Below are positions 40,489 to 50,834 of a DNA stretch of 64,000 nucleotides, piece by piece. Each line of letters starts with the position of its first letter. Position 1 is the first letter of the stretch. Under the pieces are notes generated by a model that saw only the letters and a program-made list of their open reading frames with translations, was not told the origin of the DNA and did no database searches. A program made the translations under genes and the position numbers. Location of the stretch: contig CP084166.1 in NCBI GenBank assembly GCA_021513695.1, forward strand, positions 1,536,001 to 1,600,000, read 5' to 3'. Source of the stretch: Candidatus Heimdallarchaeum aukensis. Its GTDB lineage: Archaea; Asgardarchaeota; Heimdallarchaeia; Heimdallarchaeales; Heimdallarchaeaceae.

Positions 40489-41694
40489 GTGACAGATATA
40501 ACCAAAATTGAACGAGTTGCAAAGTTGTTAAAAAGAGAAAGAAAACTGCGTCTAGCAAGATTAAATGATGTATATATGAGGCCTATTGAGGGTCCGACTG
40601 ATCGTCTTGTAACTAGCGAAAAAAAAGATTATATAATGTTAGGTAGCTATTCATATCTAGGTCTAATTAATCACCCAGAAATCAAAAAAGCAGCAAAAGA
40701 AGCTATTGATAAATATGGAACAGGGGCTGGAGGAGTAAGATTACTTACAGGAACACTGGATTTACACAAAAAACTTGAAAGAAAAATAGCTGAATTCAAG
40801 AATGCAGAGGATGCTGTAGTGTATTCAAGTGGTTATGTTACCAACGAAGCTATTTTATCTAGTATTTTTGGGAAAGGAGATCTTATTATTATTGACCGAT
40901 TTGCTCACGCAAGTATTTACAGTGGATGTACTCTTTCAAAAGCTGAATGGACAAGATTCCAACATAATGACATGGAAGATCTAGAAAGAGTTTTGAAAGA
41001 GAATAGAGAAAAATACGATAACATCGTTATTGCCGTCGATGGTGTTTACTCAATGGATGGAGATGTAGCTCATATGCCTGAAATTATCGAACTAGCAAAA
41101 GAATATGATGCTTTTACGATGGTTGATGAAGCACATGCCATTGGTGTTTTAGGTGAAACAGGAAGAGGAGTCGAAGAATATTTTGGATTGAAAAAAGATG
41201 ATATTGATATAAAAATGGGAACATTAAGTAAAGCCATTCCTTCTGTTGGCGGTTATATTACTGGAAAAAAAGAACTAATGACATTTTTAAGATACAGTTC
41301 TAATCCTTTTATTTTCTCCGCTGCTTTACCTCCACCTAGTGCTGCTGCAGCTTTAAAAGCTTTTGAAATCATAGAAAATGAACCAGAGCGAATAAAGCAG
41401 GTTCAGCATAATGCTAAAGAGTTCATAAAAGGTGTAAAAGAATTAGGCTTTGATACTCTAAAAAGCAAAGATACTGCCATTATTCCTGTTATTATAGGCC
41501 CAGAAGTAAAGACATTTCGCTTTGCACGAAAATTAGAAAAAGAAGGAATAATTGTTCCACCAGTCGTATATCCTGCTGTCCCTAGAGATGGGGGAAGATT
41601 AAGGTGCTGTGTAATGGCTACACATACAGAAGAAGACATGCAGAAAATACTAGAAAAATTTGAAAAAGTAGGAAAAGAATTAGAAGTAATATAA
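40489..41694 (+). CDS. Alpha-oxoamine synthase family PLP enzyme (glycine C-acetyltransferase Kbl / BioF / serine palmitoyltransferase-like)
   Basis: 401 aa. GTLSKAI PLP-lysine block, DEAHAIGVLG, and the class-II aminotransferase fold character. Confidence 0.7.
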   Translation: MTDITKIERVAKLLKRERKLRLARLNDVYMRPIEGPTDRLVTSEKKDYIMLGSYSYLGLINHPEIKKAAKEAIDKYGTGAGGVRLLTGTLDLHKKLERKIAEFKNAEDAVVYSSGYVTNEAILSSIFGKGDLIIIDRFAHASIYSGCTLSKAEWTRFQHNDMEDLERVLKENREKYDNIVIAVDGVYSMDGDVAHMPEIIELAKEYDAFTMVDEAHAIGVLGETGRGVEEYFGLKKDDIDIKMGTLSKAIPSVGGYITGKKELMTFLRYSSNPFIFSAALPPPSAAAALKAFEIIENEPERIKQVQHNAKEFIKGVKELGFDTLKSKDTAIIPVIIGPEVKTFRFARKLEKEGIIVPPVVYPAVPRDGGRLRCCVMATHTEEDMQKILEKFEKVGKELEVI

Positions 41695-42271
41695 ACTAAC
41701 TTTTTCTTTTCTTTAGTAATAAGTTCAGTCTACGTAAAGGAGAAGAAAAATTATTCCATTTTTTAAAGAATATACTACTTTCACCTTTTTAATTCAGATT
41801 GTAACTATCTGAATAAGCAAATAAAACAACTCCAATTGTGTTTCTAATAATTCTTCACATCTCTTTAGGTGCTTTAACACCAGTATGTCAGACATAAAAT
41901 AGGTAACAATTACAATGTCATCAATTATTAATACAGAATGGTATTTGTTATATTTCGAATTTTGCATATTAAAAAGGATTAAGTACGAAAAAATACATTT
42001 ACAAAAGACCTAATATTGACAAATGTTTTAATTGTGAAATACTGGATAACTAAAGAAAAAATCATAGAAAAACAAGAACATAATGAACTTAGTTACAAAT
42101 ATTTTTTTTATTGTAGATAACATTAGTAACGATCTAGTTACTACACAACTGGTATTTCAATGTGAGAAAAAAGTGAAAAGTATCTTTGTTTCTGTTATTT
42201 CAATTATTGAATTTGTTATCTTCATTAAACTAACTTGTAAAAAGCTCGAATATTAGAAAAAACAATTTAGT

Positions 42272-43138
42272 TTACACAAAAACTGATCGTAATTTGTAAA
42301 CTATACTAGAAAATGAAAGAACTTTTTTTCTACGAAGAATAGCTTCTCTTGTAAAAAGATCTACATAAGCAAAAAAACCATTTACTAAAGGACCAGGATT
42401 AATAAGCATAATATTTTTTTCAGTTTGAATAGCTTGTATTTCATGAATGTGCCCACAAAAAACAAAATCAAACAATAATGATTCAAAAATAAAAGAGGTG
42501 ATTTCTTGATTTCCTGCGTGATAGTTTCTTGAAGGAATTAGATCAATATGTGTATTCTTGGGGGGTTCATGGAAAAGACCAATAAATAGTTTATTTTCAT
42601 TCTTCTTTTTAAGAAGAAGAGCTTGTTCTTTTAGTTTAAGTAAATCTTTTCTTATAATGCTTATGTCTCTATTTGTAGGTGTTTGAACAGATGAGTATTC
42701 AGCTTTTTGGCAATACCCATACCCTAAAACAATAAATTTGTCATGCTCAACAATGCTTGATTCGATAAAAATTAAATTCGAATTTTGTTCTGTTTGTTTT
42801 TTAATATATGTAATTACTTCAGGAATATCTGTATTTCCGTGTGTAAAGAACACAGGTTTATTTAATCCACGCAGAAAATTCAGAATTTTCTTGGTTGTTT
42901 GTAATTGAAAATCAACAAATTCCTTATATTTTTCTCCAAATACAAGTTCCATGTATTTTTTTCTACTAATTCTTTTATATTTGATAATTGATTGAAAAAT
43001 AAGAGGTATACAAATAGTTCCTGCTATGTCTCCAGCAATAAAAATCACATCAACCTCTTCTAGTTCCTTTCTTAATCGTCTTAATAACTTTAATGACCCA
43101 TGAATATCCGCTATAACGATAGCTTTCAACTTACTCAC
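42272..43138 (-). CDS. Calcineurin-like metallophosphoesterase
   Basis: IADIHGS, AGDIAG, THGNTD and GHIHE motifs. Overlaps the end of hutH by 8 nt on the same strand. Confidence 0.7.
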   Translation of the reverse strand: MSKLKAIVIADIHGSLKLLRRLRKELEEVDVIFIAGDIAGTICIPLIFQSIIKYKRISRKKYMELVFGEKYKEFVDFQLQTTKKILNFLRGLNKPVFFTHGNTDIPEVITYIKKQTEQNSNLIFIESSIVEHDKFIVLGYGYCQKAEYSSVQTPTNRDISIIRKDLLKLKEQALLLKKKNENKLFIGLFHEPPKNTHIDLIPSRNYHAGNQEITSFIFESLLFDFVFCGHIHEIQAIQTEKNIMLINPGPLVNGFFAYVDLFTREAILRRKKVLSFSSIVYKLRSVFV

Positions 43139-44663
43139 CAGAAATTGAGAGTAATTCTTCTTCTGTAAATTTTAGTAGGCCCCCTGTCTTTACTTGTTCA
43201 ATAACCCAATATACATCCTCATCATATCGTCTATCATTAGCAATAGGCGGTATTTTTTTTCTGATGTGATTATAGATTTTCATGTTCACTGGTGAGAGTT
43301 TTCTCTCTCCTCGAAATTCCAAAGCTTGACATGCAGTAAAAATTTCTATCGCAATCATTTGTGAGACTATATCTCTTATTTTGTAAACTTTTTTACTAGA
43401 AGTTAACCCCATACTTACATGGTCTTCTTGATCAGCTGAAACAGGTGTATTATCTATCGATGCAGGAGTGCTTAAAATTTTATTTTCTGCTGATAAAGCA
43501 GCGTCAGCATATTGAAGAATCATCAATCCAGAATTTAATCCTGGTTTCCCTGTTAAAAAGGCTGGAAGACCAGAAAGCGCGGTATTTAATAATTGATTAA
43601 CTCTTCTTTCAGATATTGTTCCTAATTCGGTTAAAGCAATAGAAAGAAAATCCATGACTAAAGAAATTGGTTCTCCATGAAAATTTCCACCAGAGAAAGC
43701 ATGGTTATGGTTTACTGAAATTAAAGGATTGTCAGTAGCAGAATTCATTTCTACTTCTACTACACTCTTTACATATCTAATAGTATCGAGAACTGCCCCA
43801 TGAACTTGAGGAGAACAACGTATAGAATAGGGATCTTGTACTCTCGGAGCTTTAATGTGTTCAATATCACTTCCTTTTATAAGTTTTAACACTGTATCAG
43901 CAAAGTCAGATTGCCCCTTATGTTTTCTATTTTGCATGATGAAAGGAGAAAAAGCATCAGTATTTCCATGAAGTGCTTCTAAAACTAAAGCAACCGCTAT
44001 AGCTGAATGTTTCAAAATATTTAAAGAATCATAAATCGTATGAGCTGCAAAAGAAGTAAGAACATGAGTACCATTAACTAAGGAAAGACCTTCTTTTGAT
44101 ACAGGTGAGATAGGTTCTAGCCCCAACTTTGCTAGAATTTCTTTGCCTGTTAAAATTTGATCATTGTATTTTACTTTTCCTTCTCCTATTAACACACTAG
44201 CAATATAGGATAAAGGAGCGAGATCACCACTTGCGCCTAAAGAACCAATGCTAGGAACCAGAGGAATAACGTTATTATTTACTAAATCCACATAAAGCTC
44301 GACAGTGGATAAACGTATTCCACTGCTACCTTTACAATAAGAATTAATCGCAATAACCATAGCTCCTTTAACTATTTCATCAGGAAGAAACTCACCAAAA
44401 CTTATGCTATGAGAACGAATAATATTTTCTTGTAACTGTGATTGCTCATTAATTGAAATAAGTACATTTGCTAGTTTTCCAAAACCTGTTGAGACACCGT
44501 AGATGGGATCGTTTTCGGCGATTAAATTTTCAATTGCATTACGTGATTCTCTTATTCTTTCTTTACTGTCATCACTTAGTCGGATTTTATATCCTTGTCT
44601 TGTTATTTTGATTAAATCGTTTATATTTAGAGAGTTTCCATTAAGGACAATAAAATTGCTCAT
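43131..44663 (-). CDS. hutH: Histidine ammonia-lyase
   Basis: GSLGASGDLAPLS contains the ASG triad that forms the MIO cofactor; about 510 aa. Confidence 0.85.
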   Translation of the reverse strand: MSNFIVLNGNSLNINDLIKITRQGYKIRLSDDSKERIRESRNAIENLIAENDPIYGVSTGFGKLANVLISINEQSQLQENIIRSHSISFGEFLPDEIVKGAMVIAINSYCKGSSGIRLSTVELYVDLVNNNVIPLVPSIGSLGASGDLAPLSYIASVLIGEGKVKYNDQILTGKEILAKLGLEPISPVSKEGLSLVNGTHVLTSFAAHTIYDSLNILKHSAIAVALVLEALHGNTDAFSPFIMQNRKHKGQSDFADTVLKLIKGSDIEHIKAPRVQDPYSIRCSPQVHGAVLDTIRYVKSVVEVEMNSATDNPLISVNHNHAFSGGNFHGEPISLVMDFLSIALTELGTISERRVNQLLNTALSGLPAFLTGKPGLNSGLMILQYADAALSAENKILSTPASIDNTPVSADQEDHVSMGLTSSKKVYKIRDIVSQMIAIEIFTACQALEFRGERKLSPVNMKIYNHIRKKIPPIANDRRYDEDVYWVIEQVKTGGLLKFTEEELLSISGE

Positions 44664-45237
44664 GGTAATTACTTTATCAAAATAAATTTAAGAATTTGGA
44701 TAGACGGATGAAATTTAAGCAAAGAAAAATTGTACGATAATCGAAGGTTCTGTAAAAATAAAAAATAGGGTATTACACCCTACTTCTTTCTAACTGGTAG
44801 AGGAACTAATGAAGAAACTCTATGCTTATAATCTTTATATGCGCTGTATTTAGAAAGCAGTCTATTCTCCATAAGATACTTTTTTACGTAAAAAACTAAA
44901 TTTTTAGTTTGTGGAGTTATTAGACTAATAACAACCAGAAACACATTTGCATTAATAAAGAATATACAATATTATGGGTGTCACAACTTTTCCGCTGTCT
45001 TTATATATTCAATTATCATTTATCTAGTGTCTTGAGCTAGATGCTTAAAGACGTAGGTTTCATTCCTACGACACCCGGTCTTCCCTGTGGGAGTGATGAG
45101 TGCCCGGGATCAGGAGATGAACCCCTTAGAGAACTCACTTAAGACTGTGTCTTTCATGTTCTCTTAACCCAGTCTTCACAACTTTCGCTATGTTTGTTGA
45201 CTGGTTGGGTAGAGTCCTGAAGAAATTACGTAAAATT

Positions 45238-46049
45238 TCAACTCATAAGAGGGATGCTAATAAATATAAACAGCAGCGAAATAGAGATTGGCCCAATAAT
45301 CATCCACCAATTGCTTAAAGAAGAACCAAGTGCGAAGAAATATAATCCCCACCAGAAGGATATTTCTCCAAAATAGTTAGGATGGCGAGAATACTTCCAA
45401 AGTCCGATATAATTATTTCTCCTTCTCTTCTTCTTTTAGCAAAAACTCTTCGTTGTTCATCAGAGATTGCTTCAATCGCAATTGCAGCTATTGTGATAAC
45501 TATGCCTATGATATCTAGATAATTAAATTGTTCATTTTTAACGTTCACGGAAGGATAAATCGATAAACAACCTAGAAAAACTAGGACAGTGGGAAGCATC
45601 TGTAATCCTGAAAGATTAATCAATTCAAAAATAAACCTCGAGTGTTTTTTTCGATACAAAGTATATCTCCAATCTTCATCAGTTAAACCTTTCCATCCTC
45701 TTAACCAATTAACTGTTAATCTAATTCCCCAAATAGAAACAAGGATAGCAACAATTAACGGTTTTAAATAGATATCATTCGAGTTATTAATAAATAGCCA
45801 ATAAAAAGCGATAAATATAGGAATAACACTCCAGTAAGGGTCGTATACACTTGTATTTGCAAAGAGAACACTGAACAAGTAGACAATTATAGTAGCCAAT
45901 ACATCAGCAATAAAAGTTCTCCAAATAATGGAGATTGACCAATTAACATAATGAAGAAAACTCCAACCAGCAAAAATTGCTATGGCATAGACTAAAAAAA
46001 CACTCAATAATGAGGTCCAGTATTTAGTTTTAATAACCTTCAAACTCAT
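45238..46049 (-). CDS. DUF1295 / steroid 5-alpha-reductase-like (ICMT-type) membrane protein; the reading frame is broken by a 1-nt shift near 45410-45435
   Basis: The annotated frame (ends at 45315) loses the family signature. Shifting frame downstream of the AAAAGAAGAAGAGAAGGAGAAA run recovers GLWKYSRHPNYFGEISFWWGLYFFALGS... up to a TGA at 45238-45240. Confidence 0.55.
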
Positions 46050-46218
46050 AAATGGAAGAGATTTAAGGCAGTTTATAAAGATTTATTCAAAAATTTTGTA
46101 AATGGAAGTAAAAAAGAATAATGGTTAAAGTATTGGAAAATTCTATTTATCGGGATTAGAAATCAAAACAAGTTTTTTACAAAAAAAATAAATTAAAGTA
46201 CATAAAAGTTAAACTGAA

Positions 46219-47490
46219 ATGTTCCATGAAGAAAAAGAAGGAATTATTATTGCAAATATAGCTGAGCTTTTTTTAGGCGAAGTAAAAAAATATGAACCAT
46301 CTTATCCCAACGAGAAACCTGACGCTCTCGTTATAAAAAATGGAAAGATAGAAGCTATTGGTGAAACTGGGAGAATACTAGCTGACTACAATAGAACAGA
46401 TTATGAATATATTAATTGCAATAATGAACAGAGTGTTTGCCCAGGTTTTGTAGATTCCCACACACATCTTGTATTTGCTGGAAATAGATCCCATGAGCTA
46501 GAAATGAAAATTCAAGGAATAAGTTATAGTGAGATAGCTGCGAAAGGAGGAGGAATAAATTATACAGTTAGAGAGACTAGAAATGCATTAAAAAAAGAGT
46601 TGAAAGAAGCTGCATTAAAGGTATTAAATAAAATGTTATTACACGGAACAACAACTATTGAAGCAAAATCAGGATATGGATTAAACCACGAAAGTGAACT
46701 AAAAATATTGGAAGTAATTAATGAATTAAATGAAGAACATCCGATTGAGATAGTTCCAACATTTTTAGGCTGCCATATCAAACCTGAGGACTTCATGGGT
46801 AACACATATGAATACATCGAAACAATGATGTATTTGCTCCCTGAGATAAAGAGAAGAAATTTAGCTGAATATGTAGATATATGGACTGATTTAGGAGCAT
46901 TTACAGTAGAAGAATCAGAATTTTTCCTTAAAGAAGCAATAAAGCAGGGATTCAAAATAAGAGTTCATGCTGACGAAATGGACAATGTTGGAGCAGGAAT
47001 CATGGCTGCAAATCTGGGAGCAGTATCAGCAGATCATTTACTAAAATCGGAAGCTATAACTGCAGAAGCAATGGCAGAGAAAGAAGTTGTAGCAAATTTA
47101 TTACCAGGAACACCATTTGTTTTGATGAGTAAAAAATATGCTAATTATAGAATGTTTAGAGATGCAAATTGTACAGTTGCATTGAGCACCGATTTCAATC
47201 CCAATTGTTATATTCTAAACATGCAAACTATCCTAACACTGGGAACATATATGATGAAGATGACACCAAAAGAAGCTCTGAAAGCAGGAACATTTGGTGG
47301 AGCAAAAGCACTTAATAGAGAAAAAAGGATTGGATCTTTAGATCTAGGAATGCAAGCAGATGTCCTAATCTTAGACGTACCCTCAATAGACGATTTAGTT
47401 TATCAATTTGGAACAAATAATGTTTCAACAGTAATAAAGGAAGGAAAAATACTAGTAAAAGATAGAGAGATAGTTACAGAAACAAAATAA
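46219..47490 (+). CDS. hutI: Imidazolonepropionase (amidohydrolase)
   Basis: GFVDSHTHLVFAGNR metal-binding HxH motif; about 420 aa; the other Hut enzymes are present nearby. Confidence 0.8.
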   Translation: MFHEEKEGIIIANIAELFLGEVKKYEPSYPNEKPDALVIKNGKIEAIGETGRILADYNRTDYEYINCNNEQSVCPGFVDSHTHLVFAGNRSHELEMKIQGISYSEIAAKGGGINYTVRETRNALKKELKEAALKVLNKMLLHGTTTIEAKSGYGLNHESELKILEVINELNEEHPIEIVPTFLGCHIKPEDFMGNTYEYIETMMYLLPEIKRRNLAEYVDIWTDLGAFTVEESEFFLKEAIKQGFKIRVHADEMDNVGAGIMAANLGAVSADHLLKSEAITAEAMAEKEVVANLLPGTPFVLMSKKYANYRMFRDANCTVALSTDFNPNCYILNMQTILTLGTYMMKMTPKEALKAGTFGGAKALNREKRIGSLDLGMQADVLILDVPSIDDLVYQFGTNNVSTVIKEGKILVKDREIVTETK

Positions 47491-47520
47491 GAAAAAAAGT
47501 GCTGTAAACCTTAATTTGAT

Positions 47521-47542
47521 ATGTCGAGAAAAAACTCGACAT
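47521..47542 (+). terminator. Perfect 8-bp hairpin (atgtcgag-aaaaaa-ctcgacat) 30 nt downstream of the hutI stop
   Basis: Inverted repeat read directly from the sequence. Confidence 0.35.
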
Positions 47543-47833
47543 CAACTTTCAATTGTCGAAGTTTTATTAGACACTAACAAAAGTAGAATACACAAGAGTT
47601 CTTAAACGAATATATTACAGATAGCCATTTTTCTCCCAGAATTTTTACAAAATTAAGTAAAGTTGACTGACCGTTAATTTTATATATCAGTCTAAGTCGA
47701 ATTTTTACGGAAATTGTTTCTCGTGTAATAAAAAACAAAGAAAAAAATACAATTAAAGCAATTATCAAGTAAGAAATTCTAAAAAATAATAAATTATAAC
47801 ACAGAGAAATAAAAAACTAAAGGTGAAAAAAAA

Positions 47834-49498
47834 ATGTATGGGCAAGGCCAAGTACCAGTGATAGTCCTAAAAGAAGGAACAGAAAGGACAAAAGGAAAAG
47901 ATGCACAGAGAAATAACATAATGGCAGCACAAGTAGTAGCTGAAACAATTAAGACCACCCTAGGTCCAAAGGGTATGGATAAAATGCTCGTTGACGGGCT
48001 AGGAGATATTTTGATATCTAATGATGGTAAAACAATTCTTGACGAAATTGACGTCAAGCATCCTGCAGCAAAGATGATGGTTGAAGTAGCAAAAGCTCAA
48101 GACCAAGAAACAGGAGATGGTACCACTTCAAGTGTTACCCTTGCTGGAGAATTGCTAAAAAACGCTACTGATCTTTTAGACAAACAGATTCATCCTTCAA
48201 TAATTGTTGAAGGCTATAAAGCAGCTGCTGAAAAAGCTGAAGAGATCTTACAAGAATTAGCCAAGCAATTTGATCCTTTTGGCGATGAACAAATTCTGTT
48301 CAAGATTGCTAATACTTCATTAAACAGCAAATCTGTATCTGGCGCTAAAGAGCACATTGCTCAACTAGCAATTAACGCTGTAAAGAAGGTTGCAGATGAA
48401 GATAATGGCAATCATATCGTTGATCTTGATAACATTAAGATTTTACAAAAATCAGGTAAGAGTTTAGCCGAGTCTGAACTTATTGAAGGAGTAATTATTG
48501 ATAAAGAAGTTGTTCACCCTGGTATGCCAAAGCAAGTTAAAGAGGCAAAGATTCTTCTACTCAATCAAAACATTGAGATCGAAAAAGGAGAATTTGACAA
48601 AGAAATTAGAATTAGCGACCCTCTACAGATGCAAAGTTTCTTAGAAAATGAAGAAGCTATGTTAAGAGAGATGGTTGAGCAGATAGCTACTACAGGAGCC
48701 AATGTTTTAATCTGTCAGAAAGGAATCGATGACATGGCCCAATATTTCCTTGCAAAGAAGGGTATTATGGCTGTTCGTCGCGTTAAAAAATCTGACATGG
48801 AGAAACTTTCACGTGCTACAGGAGGAAAAGTAATTAGTAATTACAAAGACGCTAAAGCTGAGGATCTTGGCTATGCTGGACTAGTTGAAGAAGTCAAAAT
48901 TGGTGATGATGATCACGTTTTTGTTCGTGAATGTAAGAATCCTAAAAGCGTTTCTATTATTCTCCGTGGAGCTACAAAATACGTTACTGATGAAGCTGAA
49001 CGTGCTCTTCATGATGCTCTATGTGTAGCTCGTAATGCTGTTGAAGACAAAACCTATTTACCTGGTGGAGGAGCTACTTATCTTGAGCTTGCTAAACAGC
49101 TAAATGTTTTCGCTGAAGAGTTCAAAGACAAACGTCAAATGGCAGTTAAGGCTTTTGCTCAAGCTCTTGAGGTTATTCCTACCACTTTAATTGAAAATGC
49201 AGGTTTAGATCCTATTTCAATCATGAACGAATTAAAAGCTGCACATGCTTCTGAAAACGGTGTTTCTATGGGTCTAAATCTTTTTAAGAATGGTCAAGTT
49301 CTTGACATGTTTGCTGAAGGAATAATTGAACCTCTTCGAGTAGTTAGTCAAGCTGTTAAGTCAGCTTCTGAATCAGCTATAATGATTCTAAGAATCGATG
49401 ATGTAATTGTCGCTAAGGCTTCCTCTCCACAAGGTCCACCTGGCGGTGGTGGAATGGGCGGCATGGGCGGCATGGGCGGCATGCCTGGTATGATGTAA
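47834..49498 (+). CDS. ths: Thermosome subunit (group II chaperonin)
   Basis: [16 protein letters not shown] and VPGGGA motifs, and a C-terminal [16 protein letters not shown] tail. Confidence 0.9.
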   Translation: MYGQGQVPVIVLKEGTERTKGKDAQRNNIMAAQVVAETIKTTLGPKGMDKMLVDGLGDILISNDGKTILDEIDVKHPAAKMMVEVAKAQDQETGDGTTSSVTLAGELLKNATDLLDKQIHPSIIVEGYKAAAEKAEEILQELAKQFDPFGDEQILFKIANTSLNSKSVSGAKEHIAQLAINAVKKVADEDNGNHIVDLDNIKILQKSGKSLAESELIEGVIIDKEVVHPGMPKQVKEAKILLLNQNIEIEKGEFDKEIRISDPLQMQSFLENEEAMLREMVEQIATTGANVLICQKGIDDMAQYFLAKKGIMAVRRVKKSDMEKLSRATGGKVISNYKDAKAEDLGYAGLVEEVKIGDDDHVFVRECKNPKSVSIILRGATKYVTDEAERALHDALCVARNAVEDKTYLPGGGATYLELAKQLNVFAEEFKDKRQMAVKAFAQALEVIPTTLIENAGLDPISIMNELKAAHASENGVSMGLNLFKNGQVLDMFAEGIIEPLRVVSQAVKSASESAIMILRIDDVIVAKASSPQGPPGGGGMGGMGGMGGMPGMM

Positions 49499-49577
49499 TT
49501 TTTTTCTTATCAATTTTTTTTATTAACTTTGATTTTTCATTTTCTTACTTTGTTTATTCTTTGGGAAAATACTTTTA

Positions 49578-49904
49578 TTGTTCCTCTCTCACAATGTAGA
49601 TATGACCAAGCAAAATAAATCAAAATTTGATCGCATTACTTGGATTGTCACAGAGTTGATTATTGGCTTTGCTGCCGCAGGTTATGGAGTTTATGGTTTA
49701 TTTAAAGGTTTACCAGAACAAAAGATTGTCCACATAATTATTGCTTCTATTGGTGGGGTTCTATTATTACTTGCTTTTAGTCAGATTCTTATATTAAGAG
49801 GTAAAAAGAAAAGAACTAAAGAAATCAAGCATTGCCCCAAATGTGGAGCTGAAGTCCAAAAAGGAGATGAACACTGCAGAAAATGTGGAGAAAAATTAAA
49901 ATAA
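49578..49904 (+). CDS. Small membrane protein with a C-terminal zinc-ribbon (CPKCG...CRKCG)
   Basis: Two hydrophobic helices followed by a CxxC-x10-CxxC ribbon. Confidence 0.45.
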   Translation: MFLSHNVDMTKQNKSKFDRITWIVTELIIGFAAAGYGVYGLFKGLPEQKIVHIIIASIGGVLLLLAFSQILILRGKKKRTKEIKHCPKCGAEVQKGDEHCRKCGEKLK

Positions 49905-49922
49905 TAATTATTTGCTCTTTTC

Positions 49923-50309
49923 TTATTTCCAAACTTTTAGAAACTCTGGCATTTCTTCGAAGTTTACAATTGGTATTGATACGGGCCATCTAGCATCACT
50001 TACTTCATCAGCGAATTCGAACTCTTCCTTTGGACTTGTTCTATATCTTATAAATGATCCTGCAGGAGGTTCATCATTTTCTATCCAGACCACTATTGGA
50101 AGAGCTCTTAAGTTATAGTATCCTAAGCTAGTGTTGAACATGAAAAAAATATTCCTATTCGCTTCTTTTTCATAAAAATATCCAATATAACCAGTCACTC
50201 TATCTGATAAAGTTGAAGCAATGAGTTTTATTATATCTGATAATCCCTTAAGTTTTATTGACGCAGCTTTTTTTATATTATCTACTATTTCATCCATATT
50301 AACCACCAA
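49923..50309 (-). CDS. Hypothetical 128-aa protein of unknown family
   Basis: No motif recognised. It lies immediately downstream of the orphan ATPase c-subunit gene on the same strand. Confidence 0.35.
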   Translation of the reverse strand: MVVNMDEIVDNIKKAASIKLKGLSDIIKLIASTLSDRVTGYIGYFYEKEANRNIFFMFNTSLGYYNLRALPIVVWIENDEPPAGSFIRYRTSPKEEFEFADEVSDARWPVSIPIVNFEEMPEFLKVWK

Positions 50310-50328
50310 AAATAAAAAAATAAGAAGT

Positions 50329-50634
50329 TTAGAAGATTAATAGAATAGCTACAAGTAGACCATAAATTGCTACTGCTTCAATAAGCACGATGAACAAGAA
50401 GATTTTACCAAAAATCTCTGGTTTTTCAACTAATGCGCCTATACCAGCCGAACCAGCTGAACCCATTCCGAGTGCACTACCGATTCCTGCTAGACCTATT
50501 GCTAGAGCAGCGCCTATAGGTCTCATATCTCCTTCTTCACCTAGAGGAATTTCTGCAGCGAATGTACCTTTTGCGGTTATAATGATAAGCGCAACAATTG
50601 CTAGTAGTCCAATAATCAGATCATTTTTTTTCAT
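50329..50634 (-). CDS. A/V-type ATP synthase proteolipid (subunit c/K)-like protein, orphan copy
   Basis: GAALAIGLAGIGSALGMGSAGSAGIGALVEKPEIFGKIFLFIVLIEAVAIYGLLVAILLIF matches the A-type c-subunit hairpin with the carboxylate in IEAVAIYG. The likely start is the internal ATG at 50634; the ORF track starts at 50730. Confidence 0.6.
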   Translation of the reverse strand: MKKNDLIIGLLAIVALIIITAKGTFAAEIPLGEEGDMRPIGAALAIGLAGIGSALGMGSAGSAGIGALVEKPEIFGKIFLFIVLIEAVAIYGLLVAILLIF

Positions 50635-50834
50635 AATACGTCCCTTTTTCACGTGTTTAAAATTACAAATCATCGTTTCTTTATTAGTTTTTTGTATTGG
50701 ATACTTTTTAATATTGAATACTTTTTTCAATAAAAAAGTTTTAAGAATAACATATTTTATATTTCATGTATAAGTAAGAAAGCAAACCTATAATAAATGG
50801 GAAAACTTTATGATTATTAAGAAAAGATTCTATC

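Noticed and set aside
45053-45069. Hairpin gtagg-tttcatt-cctac resembling a tRNA anticodon arm with anticodon UCA (a selenocysteine tRNA candidate)
   Set aside because: No convincing acceptor, D or T arms could be built from the flanking sequence on either strand, and position 37 is a pyrimidine. It is kept only as part of the candidate ncRNA region.
45090-45160. C-box-like GUGAUGA motif suggesting a C/D box sRNA
   Set aside because: No CUGA D or D-prime boxes at the expected spacing.
49438-49494. Short tandem repeat ggcggcatgggcggcatgggcggcatg that could be read as a CRISPR array or minisatellite
   Set aside because: It is in frame and encodes the GGMGGM C-terminal tail typical of thermosome/chaperonin subunits.
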